DNA from: Bdellovibrionia bacterium
Lineage (GTDB): Bacteria > Bdellovibrionota > UBA1018
Length of the DNA: 30,776 nt
Direction: 5' to 3'
Assembly: GCA_045805065.1 (NCBI GenBank)
Contig: JBJMMA010000153.1
Location: 1 to 30,776, forward strand
The notes under the pieces were generated by a model, which ran no database searches, had not been told where the DNA came from, and saw only the letters and a list, made by a program, of their open reading frames with translations. Positions 15,858 to 26,287 of the stretch are shown one piece after another. A program made the position numbers and the translations under genes. Position 1 is the stretch's first letter. Each line of letters begins with the position of its first letter.

Positions 15858-17180
15858 ATGAAAAATCAAATCTCGCTTCTGTGGCCAAGTGTGTGGATTT
15901 TAGGTTTCTTGCTCACAAGTCTATCGGTCTTTGCAGACGATCGACTGACGTTGGGACAAGCAATTCAGGAAGGATTGGAACTCTCGCCGACTGTCCAGAA
16001 GTTTCAAAGCGTCAGAGATCAGTCCAAGTGGAACACCTATGTGGGCCTCAGCGGACTTCTTCCCAAAATCGAGCTTCATGCAAAGCATGACTTTTCAAAC
16101 CGGTACGAGACTGTTCCCGTCACCTTGGGCTCTTTGAGTGCGGCAGTTCCTAAAGTTTATCCAAAGACTGCGTTTGGTATTGAGGCCCAGTGGGTACTTT
16201 TTAATGGTTTTGCCAACGTTCACCAATATCAAGCAAGCCTCAACACATACGAGGCCTCCGAGCAGCAGCTTTCTCGAACCCAGTTTGAAGCAAAAAAGAG
16301 AATCCAGCTCGCTTTCTACAACGCACTAGCCGCCCAGCGATTTGAGGAAGTCGCAGAAGAAAATGTAAGAACACTTCAGGAGAACATGCGCCAGGTCAAC
16401 CTGCGCATGCAAAATGGGCGTTCTACACAGTACGACGTCCTCCGCGTCGAGGTTCAGCTCAGTGATGCGAAGACGGAGCTCGAGCGTACGCAAGATAATG
16501 TGATTATCTTAAGACGACTTCTTGCTCAAGCCATGGGCAAAAAGTCGGATCCCCGATTTCTCAATGGAGAGCTTCCTGTTCCGAAGCAGGCAGGGATCGT
16601 CCAAAATCTTTCAACTCCTGATGTCCACGAACGACAAGATTATCGTGCGGGAGCGCTTCGCAGTGAAGCTGCAGACCATGAGGCAAAAGCCGCTTCTGGG
16701 GCGCTTCTTCCGGTCATTGGACTTTCTACAGCTTATGACAGGTACGAAAACACAGATTACCCGGGACAAGCATACGGCGGATTTCGAGATGCCTGGAACA
16801 TAGGCGTCTTCGCAAAATGGAATATATTGGATGGCGGCGCAACGATTGCGAGGTCTGGTGCAGCGCAAGCCAGTGCTCGCCGTGCCGAATATGAATATCA
16901 AGAGGCAGTGCTTAACGTGCCTGCGGACTATGAACTTTGGAAGCGCAGGTACCTCTATTCCGCACACCGCTACGACGCCAAAAGCGAAGATTTAAAGCGC
17001 TCTCAAGAAAGTCTTCGGATCGCTGAGCTTTCTTTTCAGCAAGGACGTCGAACAATCACCGATGTGCTGGAAGCAGAGACCGACCTATTTAGAGCACGGG
17101 CCGGTGTTGTTCAATCGCAGCTCGACGCTGAAGAAGCTCTCGTTAAACTGGAACTCACCTTTGGGAAGGACCTGATATGA
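15858..17180 (+). CDS. TolC-family outer membrane efflux protein
   Basis: Signal peptide, two OEP repeats (LLPKIEL...WVLFNG; LLPVIGL...WNILDGG), G..T..DVL motifs. Confidence 0.9.
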   Translation: MKNQISLLWPSVWILGFLLTSLSVFADDRLTLGQAIQEGLELSPTVQKFQSVRDQSKWNTYVGLSGLLPKIELHAKHDFSNRYETVPVTLGSLSAAVPKVYPKTAFGIEAQWVLFNGFANVHQYQASLNTYEASEQQLSRTQFEAKKRIQLAFYNALAAQRFEEVAEENVRTLQENMRQVNLRMQNGRSTQYDVLRVEVQLSDAKTELERTQDNVIILRRLLAQAMGKKSDPRFLNGELPVPKQAGIVQNLSTPDVHERQDYRAGALRSEAADHEAKAASGALLPVIGLSTAYDRYENTDYPGQAYGGFRDAWNIGVFAKWNILDGGATIARSGAAQASARRAEYEYQEAVLNVPADYELWKRRYLYSAHRYDAKSEDLKRSQESLRIAELSFQQGRRTITDVLEAETDLFRARAGVVQSQLDAEEALVKLELTFGKDLI

Positions 17181-18094
17181 ACCGCCTAGATCAAAAGAAA
17201 AAAACAACCATCGGCGTCATCGGATTTGCAATCATATTGGCGACCGGTTGGCAGATATCCAACTCGAGATTCGAGGACACAGACAATGCATACACTGCTG
17301 CTCACGTTGCCACCTTGTCTCCAAAAGTCGGGGGCCTGATTACGGAGGTTTTCGTTGAAGAAAACTTCAAGGTGAAAAAAGATCAGGTCCTTGCGCGAGT
17401 CGATGCTCGTGACTATCAAAATGCGCTCAACAACTTGAAGTCGCAACTCGGCGCAATTCAGGCGTCTTTGAAACTTGCGATGAAAGACTACCAGCGGTCC
17501 TCCATGCTTTTTGCCGAGCACGCCATCTCCGAGCAAGATCGTGATAACGATGCCACAAAGGTCCAAGAGCTTGAGAAAAGGAGAGACGCTCTCAGCGCGC
17601 AGATTGCTCAAGCGGAGCTTAATCTATCTTTCACTGAGATTCGCGCTCCATCGGACGGAACAGTTGGAAAGAAGCTGGCTGAGCCAGGAATGGTGGTTTC
17701 GGCAGGGCAGCCGCTTTTGTCCTTCGTTGACTCCCAGACTCCTTGGGTAGTTGCCAACTTCAAGGAAACGCAGCTTAAGAAAATGAGAATCGGCCAAAAG
17801 GCTGAAATCGTAATTGATTCCATCGGAGGAAAGGTCTTTGAGGGTGAGATCGAGAGCTTTGCTCCTGGCACCGGGGCAACTTTCGCGTTGATTCCACCAG
17901 ACAACGCGACAGGGAACTTTACAAAGATTGTTCAACGCGTTCCTGTGCGTATCCGATTCGAACCTCAATCAATCCATGGCTACGAGGACAGAATCGTTCC
18001 AGGTCTCTCGGCCGAAGCGAAGATTCTCTTGAATAGCGTAGCGGCAAGTTCAGCACAGAGCGCCAAGACGGAAAAAAAGCTTACTCAGAAATGA
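17177..18094 (+). CDS. EmrA/HlyD-family membrane fusion protein
   Basis: TDNAY, TEIRAPSDG, WVVANFKETQL, PPDNATGNFTKIVQRVPVRI; ATGA overlap with the TolC gene. Confidence 0.95.
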   Translation: MNRLDQKKKTTIGVIGFAIILATGWQISNSRFEDTDNAYTAAHVATLSPKVGGLITEVFVEENFKVKKDQVLARVDARDYQNALNNLKSQLGAIQASLKLAMKDYQRSSMLFAEHAISEQDRDNDATKVQELEKRRDALSAQIAQAELNLSFTEIRAPSDGTVGKKLAEPGMVVSAGQPLLSFVDSQTPWVVANFKETQLKKMRIGQKAEIVIDSIGGKVFEGEIESFAPGTGATFALIPPDNATGNFTKIVQRVPVRIRFEPQSIHGYEDRIVPGLSAEAKILLNSVAASSAQSAKTEKKLTQK

Positions 18095-18107
18095 AACGAG
18101 GTGATTT

Positions 18108-19670
18108 ATGTCCACGTCTCAAGCTGCGCCCGAGCGCGCTAGTAAAAAACAGTGGATTGCTGTCTTTGGTGCTCTATTAGGCGCGTTCATGGCGATTTTG
18201 GACATCTCAATCACAAACGCCTCGATGCAGGATATCCAAGGAGGACTATCTGCCGCCCTTGATGAAGGAGCATGGATCTCGACCGCTTACCTTGTGGCTG
18301 AGATCATTGTGATCCCTTTGACAGGATACTTCGCGAGAATATTTTCACTCAAAAAGTACCTTCTTTGGAACGCTGTTATCTTTATCGCTGCATCCATGAT
18401 GTGCGGATTCGCAAGCAGCCTTCCAGCAATGATTCTTTTCCGTGTCCTTCAAGGGTTTGCTGGGGGCACGTTGATTCCGATAAGCGTGTCAATCATTCTG
18501 ACACACTTGCCGAAGTCTCAGCAGCCTACGGGTCTTGCGCTCTTTGGCCTCTCCGCAACATTTGCTCCCTGCATCGGCCCAACAATCGGGGGATGGCTAA
18601 CCGTCAATTATTCTTGGCCTTACATTTTCTTCATCAATTTGTTTCCGGGAATGCTTCTCTTTGGTCTCATTGCCTATGCGCTCGAAGAGGCGCCGATGCA
18701 ACTTCATCTTTTAAAGGATGGTGATTGGTTTGGAATCGCAAGTATGGCTGCCGCGCTTGGATCTTTGACAGTCGTACTCGAAGAGGGAGTCCGAGAAGAT
18801 TGGTGGGGTTCCAATATGATCATCATCCTAAGTTGGGTGTTCGCCATTTCGTTTACGGCATTTGTTTATCACGAACTGACGACAAAGACGCCCTTCATTA
18901 ATCTAAGGCTTCTTAAGAGAAGAAATTTTTTATTGGCAACGCTGATGGCCACAGTATTGGGTTACGGCCTGTATGGATCGATTTTCATGCTGCCCTATTT
19001 TCTTGCATCTGTGAGGAAAATGGATGCCTTACAGATCGGACAGATCATCATGTGGTCGGGACTTCCTCAGCTTTTCATTCTTCCTTTTATCCCAAAGCTG
19101 GTTCAACGCTTTGACAATCGTGCTCTTCTCGGATTCGGATTGAGCTTGTTTGCGACGAGCGCTCTGATGAATTCAGGGCTCACACGCGACTGGGGGTATG
19201 ACCAGTTTTTTTGGTCTCAAATCATACGTGCAATCGGGCAGCCCTTTGTCATCACGCCACTGTCAACAATCGCATACTTTGGAATCGAACCATCCGAGAT
19301 CGGATCCGCCTCCGGGCTCAACAATATGATGAGAAACTTAGGGGGATCTCTTGGCATTGGAACGCTGGGTGCGATATTTGATCATCAATATCACTTGCAC
19401 TTCACCCGCCTTGCGGAGGCGACGTCTCGCTTCTCCGGTACTGTGCAGGAGCAACTGGCCTATCGGCATGAAGTGCTAGGAGTGCACTCTCCGGTCGCAG
19501 GGATCAAACAGGCAGTTGCAACGGTTTACGGAAGCATGAATAAAGAGGCATTTGTCATGTCTTTCGGCGACTGCTTCATGGTGATTGCACTGATGGTATA
19601 TTTCGGGGCATTTCTGGTTCTTTTCACGAAACGCCCGCAGGCTGGCGCAGGATCTGAAGCCAGTCACTAA
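18108..19670 (+). CDS. EmrB/QacA (DHA2) MFS efflux permease
   Basis: FMAILDISITNAS, WISTAYLVAE, FRVLQGFAGG, APCIGPTIGGWLT, RNLGGSLGI. Confidence 0.95.
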   Translation: MSTSQAAPERASKKQWIAVFGALLGAFMAILDISITNASMQDIQGGLSAALDEGAWISTAYLVAEIIVIPLTGYFARIFSLKKYLLWNAVIFIAASMMCGFASSLPAMILFRVLQGFAGGTLIPISVSIILTHLPKSQQPTGLALFGLSATFAPCIGPTIGGWLTVNYSWPYIFFINLFPGMLLFGLIAYALEEAPMQLHLLKDGDWFGIASMAAALGSLTVVLEEGVREDWWGSNMIIILSWVFAISFTAFVYHELTTKTPFINLRLLKRRNFLLATLMATVLGYGLYGSIFMLPYFLASVRKMDALQIGQIIMWSGLPQLFILPFIPKLVQRFDNRALLGFGLSLFATSALMNSGLTRDWGYDQFFWSQIIRAIGQPFVITPLSTIAYFGIEPSEIGSASGLNNMMRNLGGSLGIGTLGAIFDHQYHLHFTRLAEATSRFSGTVQEQLAYRHEVLGVHSPVAGIKQAVATVYGSMNKEAFVMSFGDCFMVIALMVYFGAFLVLFTKRPQAGAGSEASH

Positions 19671-19678
19671 CATAGTGG

Positions 19679-20824
19679 TTAGAGAGTCTTTGCTTTTGGG
19701 ATCGTGAAGCGGAACGAAGTGCTTTCGCCCGCCTTGCTTTGAACGGAGATATGCCCACCGTGAGCTTCCACAATACCTTTAGCAATCGCTAGGCCCAGGC
19801 CTGTGCTGCCGCTTCGTTGTTTCTTAGCCTGCCAAAAGCGATCAAAAATAAAGGGAAGATGTTCGTCTGGAATCCCAGCGCCGGTATCGCGGACGTCGAT
19901 CTCCAGGAACTCGCCTGCGTCGGTGCAAGACAATGTGATCACTCCGCCACTGGCCGTAAATTTGAGGGCATTCCCAAGGAGGTTTGAAAAAACCTGCTGA
20001 ATCCGGTTTCGGTCGCATTTCAAGACGATTGTGTCACAGCAATGGTCGGTCTCTAGATGAATGGATTTTTGACTTGCAAGCGCTTCTACGGACTCAATCG
20101 CTTCCTTGAAAAGATCAGCAAGAGTGACATTGGATAATCTCAATTCCAGGCGCCCCGCCTCAATGCGAGTGATCTCTAAAAGATCCTCAATTAGATTATC
20201 CATTCTCTGAGTCGCTCCCCGAATCGCGTTCACTGCCTTGCGGACGTAGGTGGAAGTCTCAGTCTCGCTCTCATTCTTATCGAGCCTTTTAAGAATAAAT
20301 GACGTATTGAGAACGATCGCTCCCAACGGATTCCGCAAGTCGTGGCTGACGGTCGAGAGAACTTCGTCGCGAATCTCAATGGCGCGTTGAAATCTCAATT
20401 CGGATTCTTTGCGGGTTGTCGTGTCACTGAAGTAGATCGTTATTCCTCCTTCTTCAGAAGGATAGGTACTGACCTCGCTCCAGACTCCCGTTGCCTCGTT
20501 TTGAACTTCATAGGAAGTCGGAACTCTTTCTTCCATCGACTTTCGAAAGTTCAACTCATGCTTTGTGCCACGAAGCTCTGGAAAAGCATCCCAAAGTAGC
20601 CTGCCGATCAACGGTTCAATATTTCGGACTCGTCGAGCAGTTTGAAGGGCGGAGCGGTTCAAAAAGGTGAAGCGCCACTCGGAATCTAGGGCGACAAAAC
20701 CGTCTCTCATACTGTCCAGTACGGATCGCAGATGATTTTGAGATCGCTTGAGCTCATCTTGTGTGCGCTTGAGTTCAGTATGGAGATCGTTTGCTTGAGA
20801 GTCAGGCTTGAAGAGTTCGAGCAT
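19679..20824 (-). CDS. Cytoplasmic PAS-domain sensor histidine kinase
   Basis: PAS (VLDSMRDGFVALDSEWRFTFLN), H-box VSHDLRNPL, N-box NLLGNALKFT, G1 DTGAGI, G2 GTGLGL-like. Start at 20824 or 20845. Confidence 0.93.
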   Translation of the reverse strand: MLELFKPDSQANDLHTELKRTQDELKRSQNHLRSVLDSMRDGFVALDSEWRFTFLNRSALQTARRVRNIEPLIGRLLWDAFPELRGTKHELNFRKSMEERVPTSYEVQNEATGVWSEVSTYPSEEGGITIYFSDTTTRKESELRFQRAIEIRDEVLSTVSHDLRNPLGAIVLNTSFILKRLDKNESETETSTYVRKAVNAIRGATQRMDNLIEDLLEITRIEAGRLELRLSNVTLADLFKEAIESVEALASQKSIHLETDHCCDTIVLKCDRNRIQQVFSNLLGNALKFTASGGVITLSCTDAGEFLEIDVRDTGAGIPDEHLPFIFDRFWQAKKQRSGSTGLGLAIAKGIVEAHGGHISVQSKAGESTSFRFTIPKAKTL

Positions 20825-20974
20825 AGAAGCAAAATAGCCTTTCAAAAGTTTGACGTCCGATACCTACCTTAGTCCGTCGGTTTGTTAAAGGTCTTGAGCG
20901 AAATAGTTAAAATGGCAGGCGTTTAACTCATTGTTGGACCGATGACGCTTAATTATGAATCAATTGCAAAGCTA

Positions 20975-21001
20975 TAAGGTCTTAAGCGATACGGTCGATA
21001 C
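20975..21001 (+). promoter_or_regulatory. Putative sigma28 (FliA) promoter TAAG-N15-GTCGATAC
   Basis: Resembles TAAA-N15-GCCGATAA with correct spacing, upstream of an MCP gene. Confidence 0.45.
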
Positions 21002-21057
21002 GAGAGGTGACGTGCGAAATATAGCGGCGTCGAATAGTGACTAGAGGCAACATCACG

Positions 21058-22725
21058 ATGTTTTTCCAACTTAGCTTAAAAGCCAAAGTCTTTATTTTCA
21101 CCCTTTTCTTGTCCTTCTGCCTGCTGATTGTCGGCAGCATTGGTTACTGGTCAGCCGAGAGAGTCAAATCGATGTATGCACAAGTCACGGATGTGCTCTT
21201 GCCAGGCGCGTATCATACGGCCACCATGCAGGCGAGCTCTCGCGAGATGGTATCCATGCTGGCGTCACTGGGAATGGCAGGAATCTCTCAGGAAGAATCC
21301 GCGCGCCTTCGAAAGCGGGTGAACGAGAGCCGCGAGAAAATGAAGGCCAACTATGCGGATTATGCGCATGATTCAGTTGGCTCTCCTGAGGAGGCTTCAA
21401 TCCGTCAGGACGTAGAGAAAAAATGGAAGCAAGTTGAAACGCAGATCGACCTGATGCTAACAAGCTGGGACGCAGGTTCGCCTGAGGGCAAATCAAATTA
21501 CGTTAAGATTTATGGAACGGATTTTAAAGATGCTCGTGTCGCTTTCTACAAAGTGCTTGATCATCTGATGAAGTCTCAAAAAGATCAGATCGATAGCTGG
21601 AATGCCCTTGCAGTCCAGGCGGTAAAAAACGCGCTTTGGTTGATCTCAGCAGCGGTCATCACAGGTTTTTTCCTGTCGATGTTCTTTGGTTATTTGTTTT
21701 CAGCTTCGTTGGCAAAGGCACTGACCGGAATCGCGAAAACGCTTTCAAGCGGTGCTCAGGAAGTCGCACAGGCGTCTGCCGGAATTTTCCACGAATCAGA
21801 TTCCCTCTCAAGCAGCACGGCCCAACAGGCTGCCGCTCTTCAGGAAACCTCATCTTCGATGGCGCAAGTGAGCGCAATGATCGCTAAGAACTCCGACAAC
21901 TCAGCGCATGCGCTGCAAACATCGGAAGAGAGCGCTGAAGCCAGCAAGCAGGGTAAAGAGGTCGTAGGTGAAATGATTCAGGCCATGTCCTCCATCGAGG
22001 ACAGTAACTCCGAGATTCAGGCCCAGATTGTGAGCTCGAACGAAAAGATTGGAGAGATTGTTGAGTTGATCTCTGAAATCGGGGATAAAACAAAAGTCAT
22101 TAACGACATTGTTTTCCAGACCAAGCTTTTGAGTTTTAACGCGTCCGTTGAGGCGGCGCGTGCCGGCGAGCAAGGTAAGGGATTTGCGGTCGTTGCCGAA
22201 GAAGTGGGAAATCTCGCGGTCATGAGTGGAAAAGCTGCTCAGGAAATCTCAAGCCTTCTGGATACAAGTACAAAGCGGGTTGAAGAGATTGTCCAGGAAA
22301 CGACTGCTAAAGTGGATCTACTGATCAAAGGAGCTGGAGAGCGCGTGAAAACGGGTTCCCAGATCGCGATAAAATGCGGCGAGGTGCTCGATCGGATCGT
22401 GCAAAATGTGACCGAAGTAAAGAGCCGGGCACATGAGATCTCAGTCGCATCGCGTGAACAAAATCAGGGTGCATCTGAAATTAACCGCGCTATGGGACAG
22501 ATGGATCAAGTGACCCAGCTCAATGCGGAGGCCGCGCAACGTTCATCTGAGTCCGCAAAACGGCTTGAGACGCAGGCGAAAATATTGGCCCAAAGCGTAG
22601 AAGATTTGTCTCGCACGATTTTTGGCAAGAGCAGTTCATCTCAGCCGGATCATCCTGAGCGCGTAGACAGCCCTCAATCAGTAAATGATGAAGCACGGAC
22701 GAATGAATCCAGTCATGCTGCTTGA
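21058..22725 (+). CDS. Methyl-accepting chemotaxis protein (four-helix periplasmic sensor)
   Basis: Two TM helices flank a helical periplasmic domain; signalling hairpin [37 protein letters not shown]. Confidence 0.95.
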   Translation: MFFQLSLKAKVFIFTLFLSFCLLIVGSIGYWSAERVKSMYAQVTDVLLPGAYHTATMQASSREMVSMLASLGMAGISQEESARLRKRVNESREKMKANYADYAHDSVGSPEEASIRQDVEKKWKQVETQIDLMLTSWDAGSPEGKSNYVKIYGTDFKDARVAFYKVLDHLMKSQKDQIDSWNALAVQAVKNALWLISAAVITGFFLSMFFGYLFSASLAKALTGIAKTLSSGAQEVAQASAGIFHESDSLSSSTAQQAAALQETSSSMAQVSAMIAKNSDNSAHALQTSEESAEASKQGKEVVGEMIQAMSSIEDSNSEIQAQIVSSNEKIGEIVELISEIGDKTKVINDIVFQTKLLSFNASVEAARAGEQGKGFAVVAEEVGNLAVMSGKAAQEISSLLDTSTKRVEEIVQETTAKVDLLIKGAGERVKTGSQIAIKCGEVLDRIVQNVTEVKSRAHEISVASREQNQGASEINRAMGQMDQVTQLNAEAAQRSSESAKRLETQAKILAQSVEDLSRTIFGKSSSSQPDHPERVDSPQSVNDEARTNESSHAA

Positions 22726-22787
22726 AGTTATTTCCCGTGCTCAGCAGCTGCCCGATGTTCGAGCAAAAATTCGCGTCCTAGACCAGC

Positions 22788-22803
22788 TGGCATATGGGCT
22801 GCA
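22788..22803 (+). promoter_or_regulatory. Putative sigma54-type promoter (TGGCATATGGGCTGCA)
   Basis: TGGCA...GC with exact GG-N10-GC spacing upstream of the PAP2 gene. Confidence 0.45.
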
Positions 22804-22836
22804 AACCGGACCGGCGTGGGCGTCTAGGAGATTGGG

Positions 22837-23628
22837 ATGCGACAGTACCTCAGGCTATCGGTCTGCGTCTCAGTTGTTTTCACTATTTGCCCAGGGCGTC
22901 TGATTGCTGCTGCATCTCCTGACTCTGTTTATGAGATTTCACCCGCCGTGGATGCAGCGATTATCGGAGCAACGGCGTTGGGGAGCGTGATTCCACAGAC
23001 GTTGAGTTCTCACCTTATTAGCCCAAGTTGCCCTTGCAATGCAGGTGATGTGAACGGTTTTGATCGCCCGACAATCGGAAATCATTCCCAGACGGCGGCT
23101 ACGATCAGTGATGTCACGCTGGGTGCTGCCATGCTTGTTCCACCGGTTCTGGACTATCTCACAGTCGGTGCAGGATCGGCGTGGGTAGAGGATCTTGTAG
23201 TCTACAGTGAAGTTCTAAGCGTCAGTGGGGCTTTTACAACGCTGTCAAAGTTCACGGTGCAAAGGCCCATTCCGTTGGAATACTCTGGCGATCTATCGCA
23301 CCAAGACACTAACGGATACGCGTCTTTTTTCTCTGGCCACACGGCACTAGCCTTCGCAGCGTTATCTGCAGCTGCAATCACAGCTGATTATCGTTATCAT
23401 CTGGGCGCCTGGCCCTGGCTAGTGGTTGCGGGCGCCGGAGCAAGCGTAGCTTACGAGAGAGTTGCAGCAGGCAGGCACTTTCCAACTGATGTCATGATGG
23501 GGGCATTAGCAGGAACGGTGACGGGCGTTTTCATTCCCATTTTTCATCGGCGTAAGAGTGATCCACTTCCCGTTACGATCTCATGGGAGGATCAAGGTGT
23601 GATGGTGACCTGGAGGTATCACTTCTGA
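22837..23628 (+). CDS. PAP2-family phosphatase
   Basis: KFTVQRPIP (KxxxxRxRP variant), SFFSGHT, RVAAGRHFPTDV. Confidence 0.88.
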   Translation: MRQYLRLSVCVSVVFTICPGRLIAAASPDSVYEISPAVDAAIIGATALGSVIPQTLSSHLISPSCPCNAGDVNGFDRPTIGNHSQTAATISDVTLGAAMLVPPVLDYLTVGAGSAWVEDLVVYSEVLSVSGAFTTLSKFTVQRPIPLEYSGDLSHQDTNGYASFFSGHTALAFAALSAAAITADYRYHLGAWPWLVVAGAGASVAYERVAAGRHFPTDVMMGALAGTVTGVFIPIFHRRKSDPLPVTISWEDQGVMVTWRYHF

Positions 23629-23683
23629 AGCTTGCTGCCGTCCATGGAATACGCTACAAGCAGGGCAGCTGAGGCAATCAAGA

Positions 23684-24271
23684 ATGAAAAACACGCGGTG
23701 CTCACCCATTGAGCGGTTTACCGAATGGTATGAGGATGCCAGAGCGAGTCATGATCCTTGTTTGAACTCAATGACGTTGGCGACCTCGAACGCAAGCGGC
23801 CATCCCTCAGCAAGAATCGTGTTGCTGAAGGGCGTTTCAGAATCAGGATTCGTTTTCTACACGAACTATCTCTCGCGCAAATCTAAAGAGATCAGTGAGA
23901 ACCCTTTTGCGGCGCTCGTTTTTTACTGGCCAACGCTTGAGCGACAAGTTCGCGTGGAAGGTGAGCTTAAGAAGGTCAGTGCACAAGAATCGGATGAGTA
24001 TTTCGCCACACGCCCTAGAGGAAGCCAGTTAGGAGCGTGGGCATCTTTGCAAAGCCAGCCTTTGCCGGATCGGAAGACTTTGGAAGATCGGGTTCAGCAG
24101 ATCACTGATCGTTATGAAGGAGCGGATGTTCCTAGGCCAGAAAACTGGGGCGGCTTCCGGCTCAAGCCCACTGTGATTGAGTTTTGGCAGGGAAAAGCGG
24201 ACCGACTTCATGATCGCGAACGATACCAACGAAAAGGCGATCAGTGGGAATTGGATCAGCTTTTTCCTTAA
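23684..24271 (+). CDS. pdxH: Pyridoxine/pyridoxamine 5'-phosphate oxidase
   Basis: MTLAT, PSARIVLLKG, FYTNYLSRK, RQVRVEG, RPRGSQLGAWAS, EFWQG...RLHDR. Confidence 0.96.
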   Translation: MKNTRCSPIERFTEWYEDARASHDPCLNSMTLATSNASGHPSARIVLLKGVSESGFVFYTNYLSRKSKEISENPFAALVFYWPTLERQVRVEGELKKVSAQESDEYFATRPRGSQLGAWASLQSQPLPDRKTLEDRVQQITDRYEGADVPRPENWGGFRLKPTVIEFWQGKADRLHDRERYQRKGDQWELDQLFP

Positions 24272-24280
24272 AAGTTTCCC

Positions 24281-24757
24281 TTAAGCTTGCTCTAGTTTAA
24301 GAAGCTTTGCTTTGATTTCAAGACCGCCTGAATATCCTCCTAGCGTTCCATTGGATGCAATTACCCGATGGCATGGGATCACAATGCATAGAGGATTTCT
24401 TCCATTGGCCGTTCCAACCGCTCGGACAGCATTTTTGTTTTCTATCTGGTTTGCGAGCTCTTGATAGGAGACCGTTTTGCCATAGGGGATCTCTGTTAAG
24501 GCGGCCCAGACTTTTTTCTGAAACTCGGTCCCTTGAACATCTAATGGAAGATCAAAGCGTTTACGGTCTGCCCGGAGGTACTCATCCAGCTGCGATTGAG
24601 CACGTGCCAGGATCTGCACCTCAGGGGAGCGAGATTTGAGCGAGTGAACCAAATGTGCAGGCTGTTGTTTCCAATAAATGCCCAGTAATCCCCTCTCAGA
24701 GGCTACGACAAATAAAGGGCCGATTACGGAGTTCATCATCAGTTGAACGGAGCTCAT
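24281..24757 (-). CDS. ogt: Methylated-DNA--protein-cysteine methyltransferase
   Basis: GTEFQKKVW, IPYGKTVSY, RAVGTANGRNP, active site PCHRV. Confidence 0.95.
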   Translation of the reverse strand: MSSVQLMMNSVIGPLFVVASERGLLGIYWKQQPAHLVHSLKSRSPEVQILARAQSQLDEYLRADRKRFDLPLDVQGTEFQKKVWAALTEIPYGKTVSYQELANQIENKNAVRAVGTANGRNPLCIVIPCHRVIASNGTLGGYSGGLEIKAKLLKLEQA

Positions 24758-26196
24758 GCCTTTTTCCTTTTCGTTTTTTTCAACTGCTCGGCGTACTCAC
24801 GCCAGAAAAGAACAGCGACATAGCCTCGCCACGGGCTCATTTGCTCGATGACTTGTAGAGAGTGAAACTCGGCGGCACGAGCCAATATGAGATCGGTTGC
24901 AGGATAAGCATCGGTATGTCTGAGAACTTTGAGAGCCATATAAGACGCAGTCCAGGGACCAATTCCAGGAATTGCCATGAGCTTTTCCATGAAGAGAGTG
25001 ACGTCTTGCGCGGCGTCCAAAGAGATCGCACCCTCATCCACTGCTTTTGAGAATGCGATCAAGGTTCGCTTTCTGACAGCAGTGGTTTTCAAATTCTTGA
25101 GATCAGCCTGGGCGATCGCTTTTGCAGTTGGAAAGAGCTTAACGCGCTCTCCATTGATAGACAGACCTGAGTCTCTGCCCAGCATCTCAATTAAGTCAGA
25201 TACCAGCGCTCGTCCTCGCTCAACGCTTACCAACTGCCCCAAGATGGTGGATATCGCGACTTCGAACGGATCCCATCCCGAAGGAAGGCGAAGACCAGGA
25301 TGCTTTTTCACAAGCGCCCTTATTTTTGGATCCGTCTCCAGCTGATTTGCAATAATGATTGGATCCGAATCCACATCAAACAAAGCTCTTACTCGCGAAA
25401 CGATTACGCCGATCTTTGAGTGATCAGGAAAGTCGATGTTCAGCTCAAGGCGAGACTTCTGAGCATCATTCGAAATCGATATCCTTCCGACCTTACCATC
25501 AAGCTCAACGATCCGATGCAGGGTGGATGAGTCTACCGCCTCGAGATTTCCGACTTTATGGGAGCGATAAGAATGAAGGAGCGCTTCAAAGTCGAACGGA
25601 GGGCGGTAGGGAAGGGAGATCTTTAAGCCGCGTTCAGTAGAAAGAGGGCTTCGCCGGATCTCACTTGGGCTTCGTTTGAATCGCTCCTTGAAGGCGTCGT
25701 TGAATCGTCTGACTGATTTGAAACCTGCAGCAAAGGCAACATCTGCTATGGGAAGTTTGGTCTCAGTGATGAGCTTTCTTGCCAGAGCCAGGCGGTTTTC
25801 GATCGCGAGCTGTTTGGGTGTCTTGCCGATCTCTTCAATGAACAGTCTTCTCAAGTGCCTCGCTGAGACTCCAAATTGATCGGCAAACCGATCCTCATCG
25901 AAATGCAGCGTCTCCTGGTTATTTAAAACTTTGAGGGCCCGTTGAACGATGGCGGTTTTTCCAATCCAGACAGGTGACCTAGGCGCGCTTTCAGGTCGAC
26001 ATCGAAGGCAGGGGCGGTAGCCAGCTTTTTCGGCCTCCAACGAGTTCTGGAAGAACTCAACATTTTCACGCTTTGGTTTTGCCGGACAAATCGGACGACA
26101 ATAGATGCCGGTCGTCTTTACCCCGACAAAGAATTTGCCATCAAACCGATGATCTCGGGCCTGCATGGCTTTGTAAAACGTGTCATCGCGATTCAT
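24754..26196 (-). CDS. alkA: Ada(N)-AraC-AlkA fusion: alkylation-response regulator / 3-methyladenine DNA glycosylase II
   Basis: Ada Zn site GIYCRPICPA...GYRPCLRCRP, AraC HTH, AlkA_N, HhH motif IPGIGPWTA and DAYPATD; ATGA-coupled to ogt. Confidence 0.93.
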   Translation of the reverse strand: MNRDDTFYKAMQARDHRFDGKFFVGVKTTGIYCRPICPAKPKRENVEFFQNSLEAEKAGYRPCLRCRPESAPRSPVWIGKTAIVQRALKVLNNQETLHFDEDRFADQFGVSARHLRRLFIEEIGKTPKQLAIENRLALARKLITETKLPIADVAFAAGFKSVRRFNDAFKERFKRSPSEIRRSPLSTERGLKISLPYRPPFDFEALLHSYRSHKVGNLEAVDSSTLHRIVELDGKVGRISISNDAQKSRLELNIDFPDHSKIGVIVSRVRALFDVDSDPIIIANQLETDPKIRALVKKHPGLRLPSGWDPFEVAISTILGQLVSVERGRALVSDLIEMLGRDSGLSINGERVKLFPTAKAIAQADLKNLKTTAVRKRTLIAFSKAVDEGAISLDAAQDVTLFMEKLMAIPGIGPWTASYMALKVLRHTDAYPATDLILARAAEFHSLQVIEQMSPWRGYVAVLFWREYAEQLKKTKRKKA

Positions 26197-26287
26197 TGAA
26201 GTGACTCTAGCCCATTTCTTTCAAAGAGTCTGGCTGGATTCGGACATCATCGAAGTTCAGATTTTGCAGCCATCGGACTCGAAATCT

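Noticed and set aside
24267..24285. CTTAA...TTAAG inverted repeat between pdxH and ogt as a terminator
   Set aside because: Only a 5-bp AT-rich stem, largely formed by the two facing stop codons.
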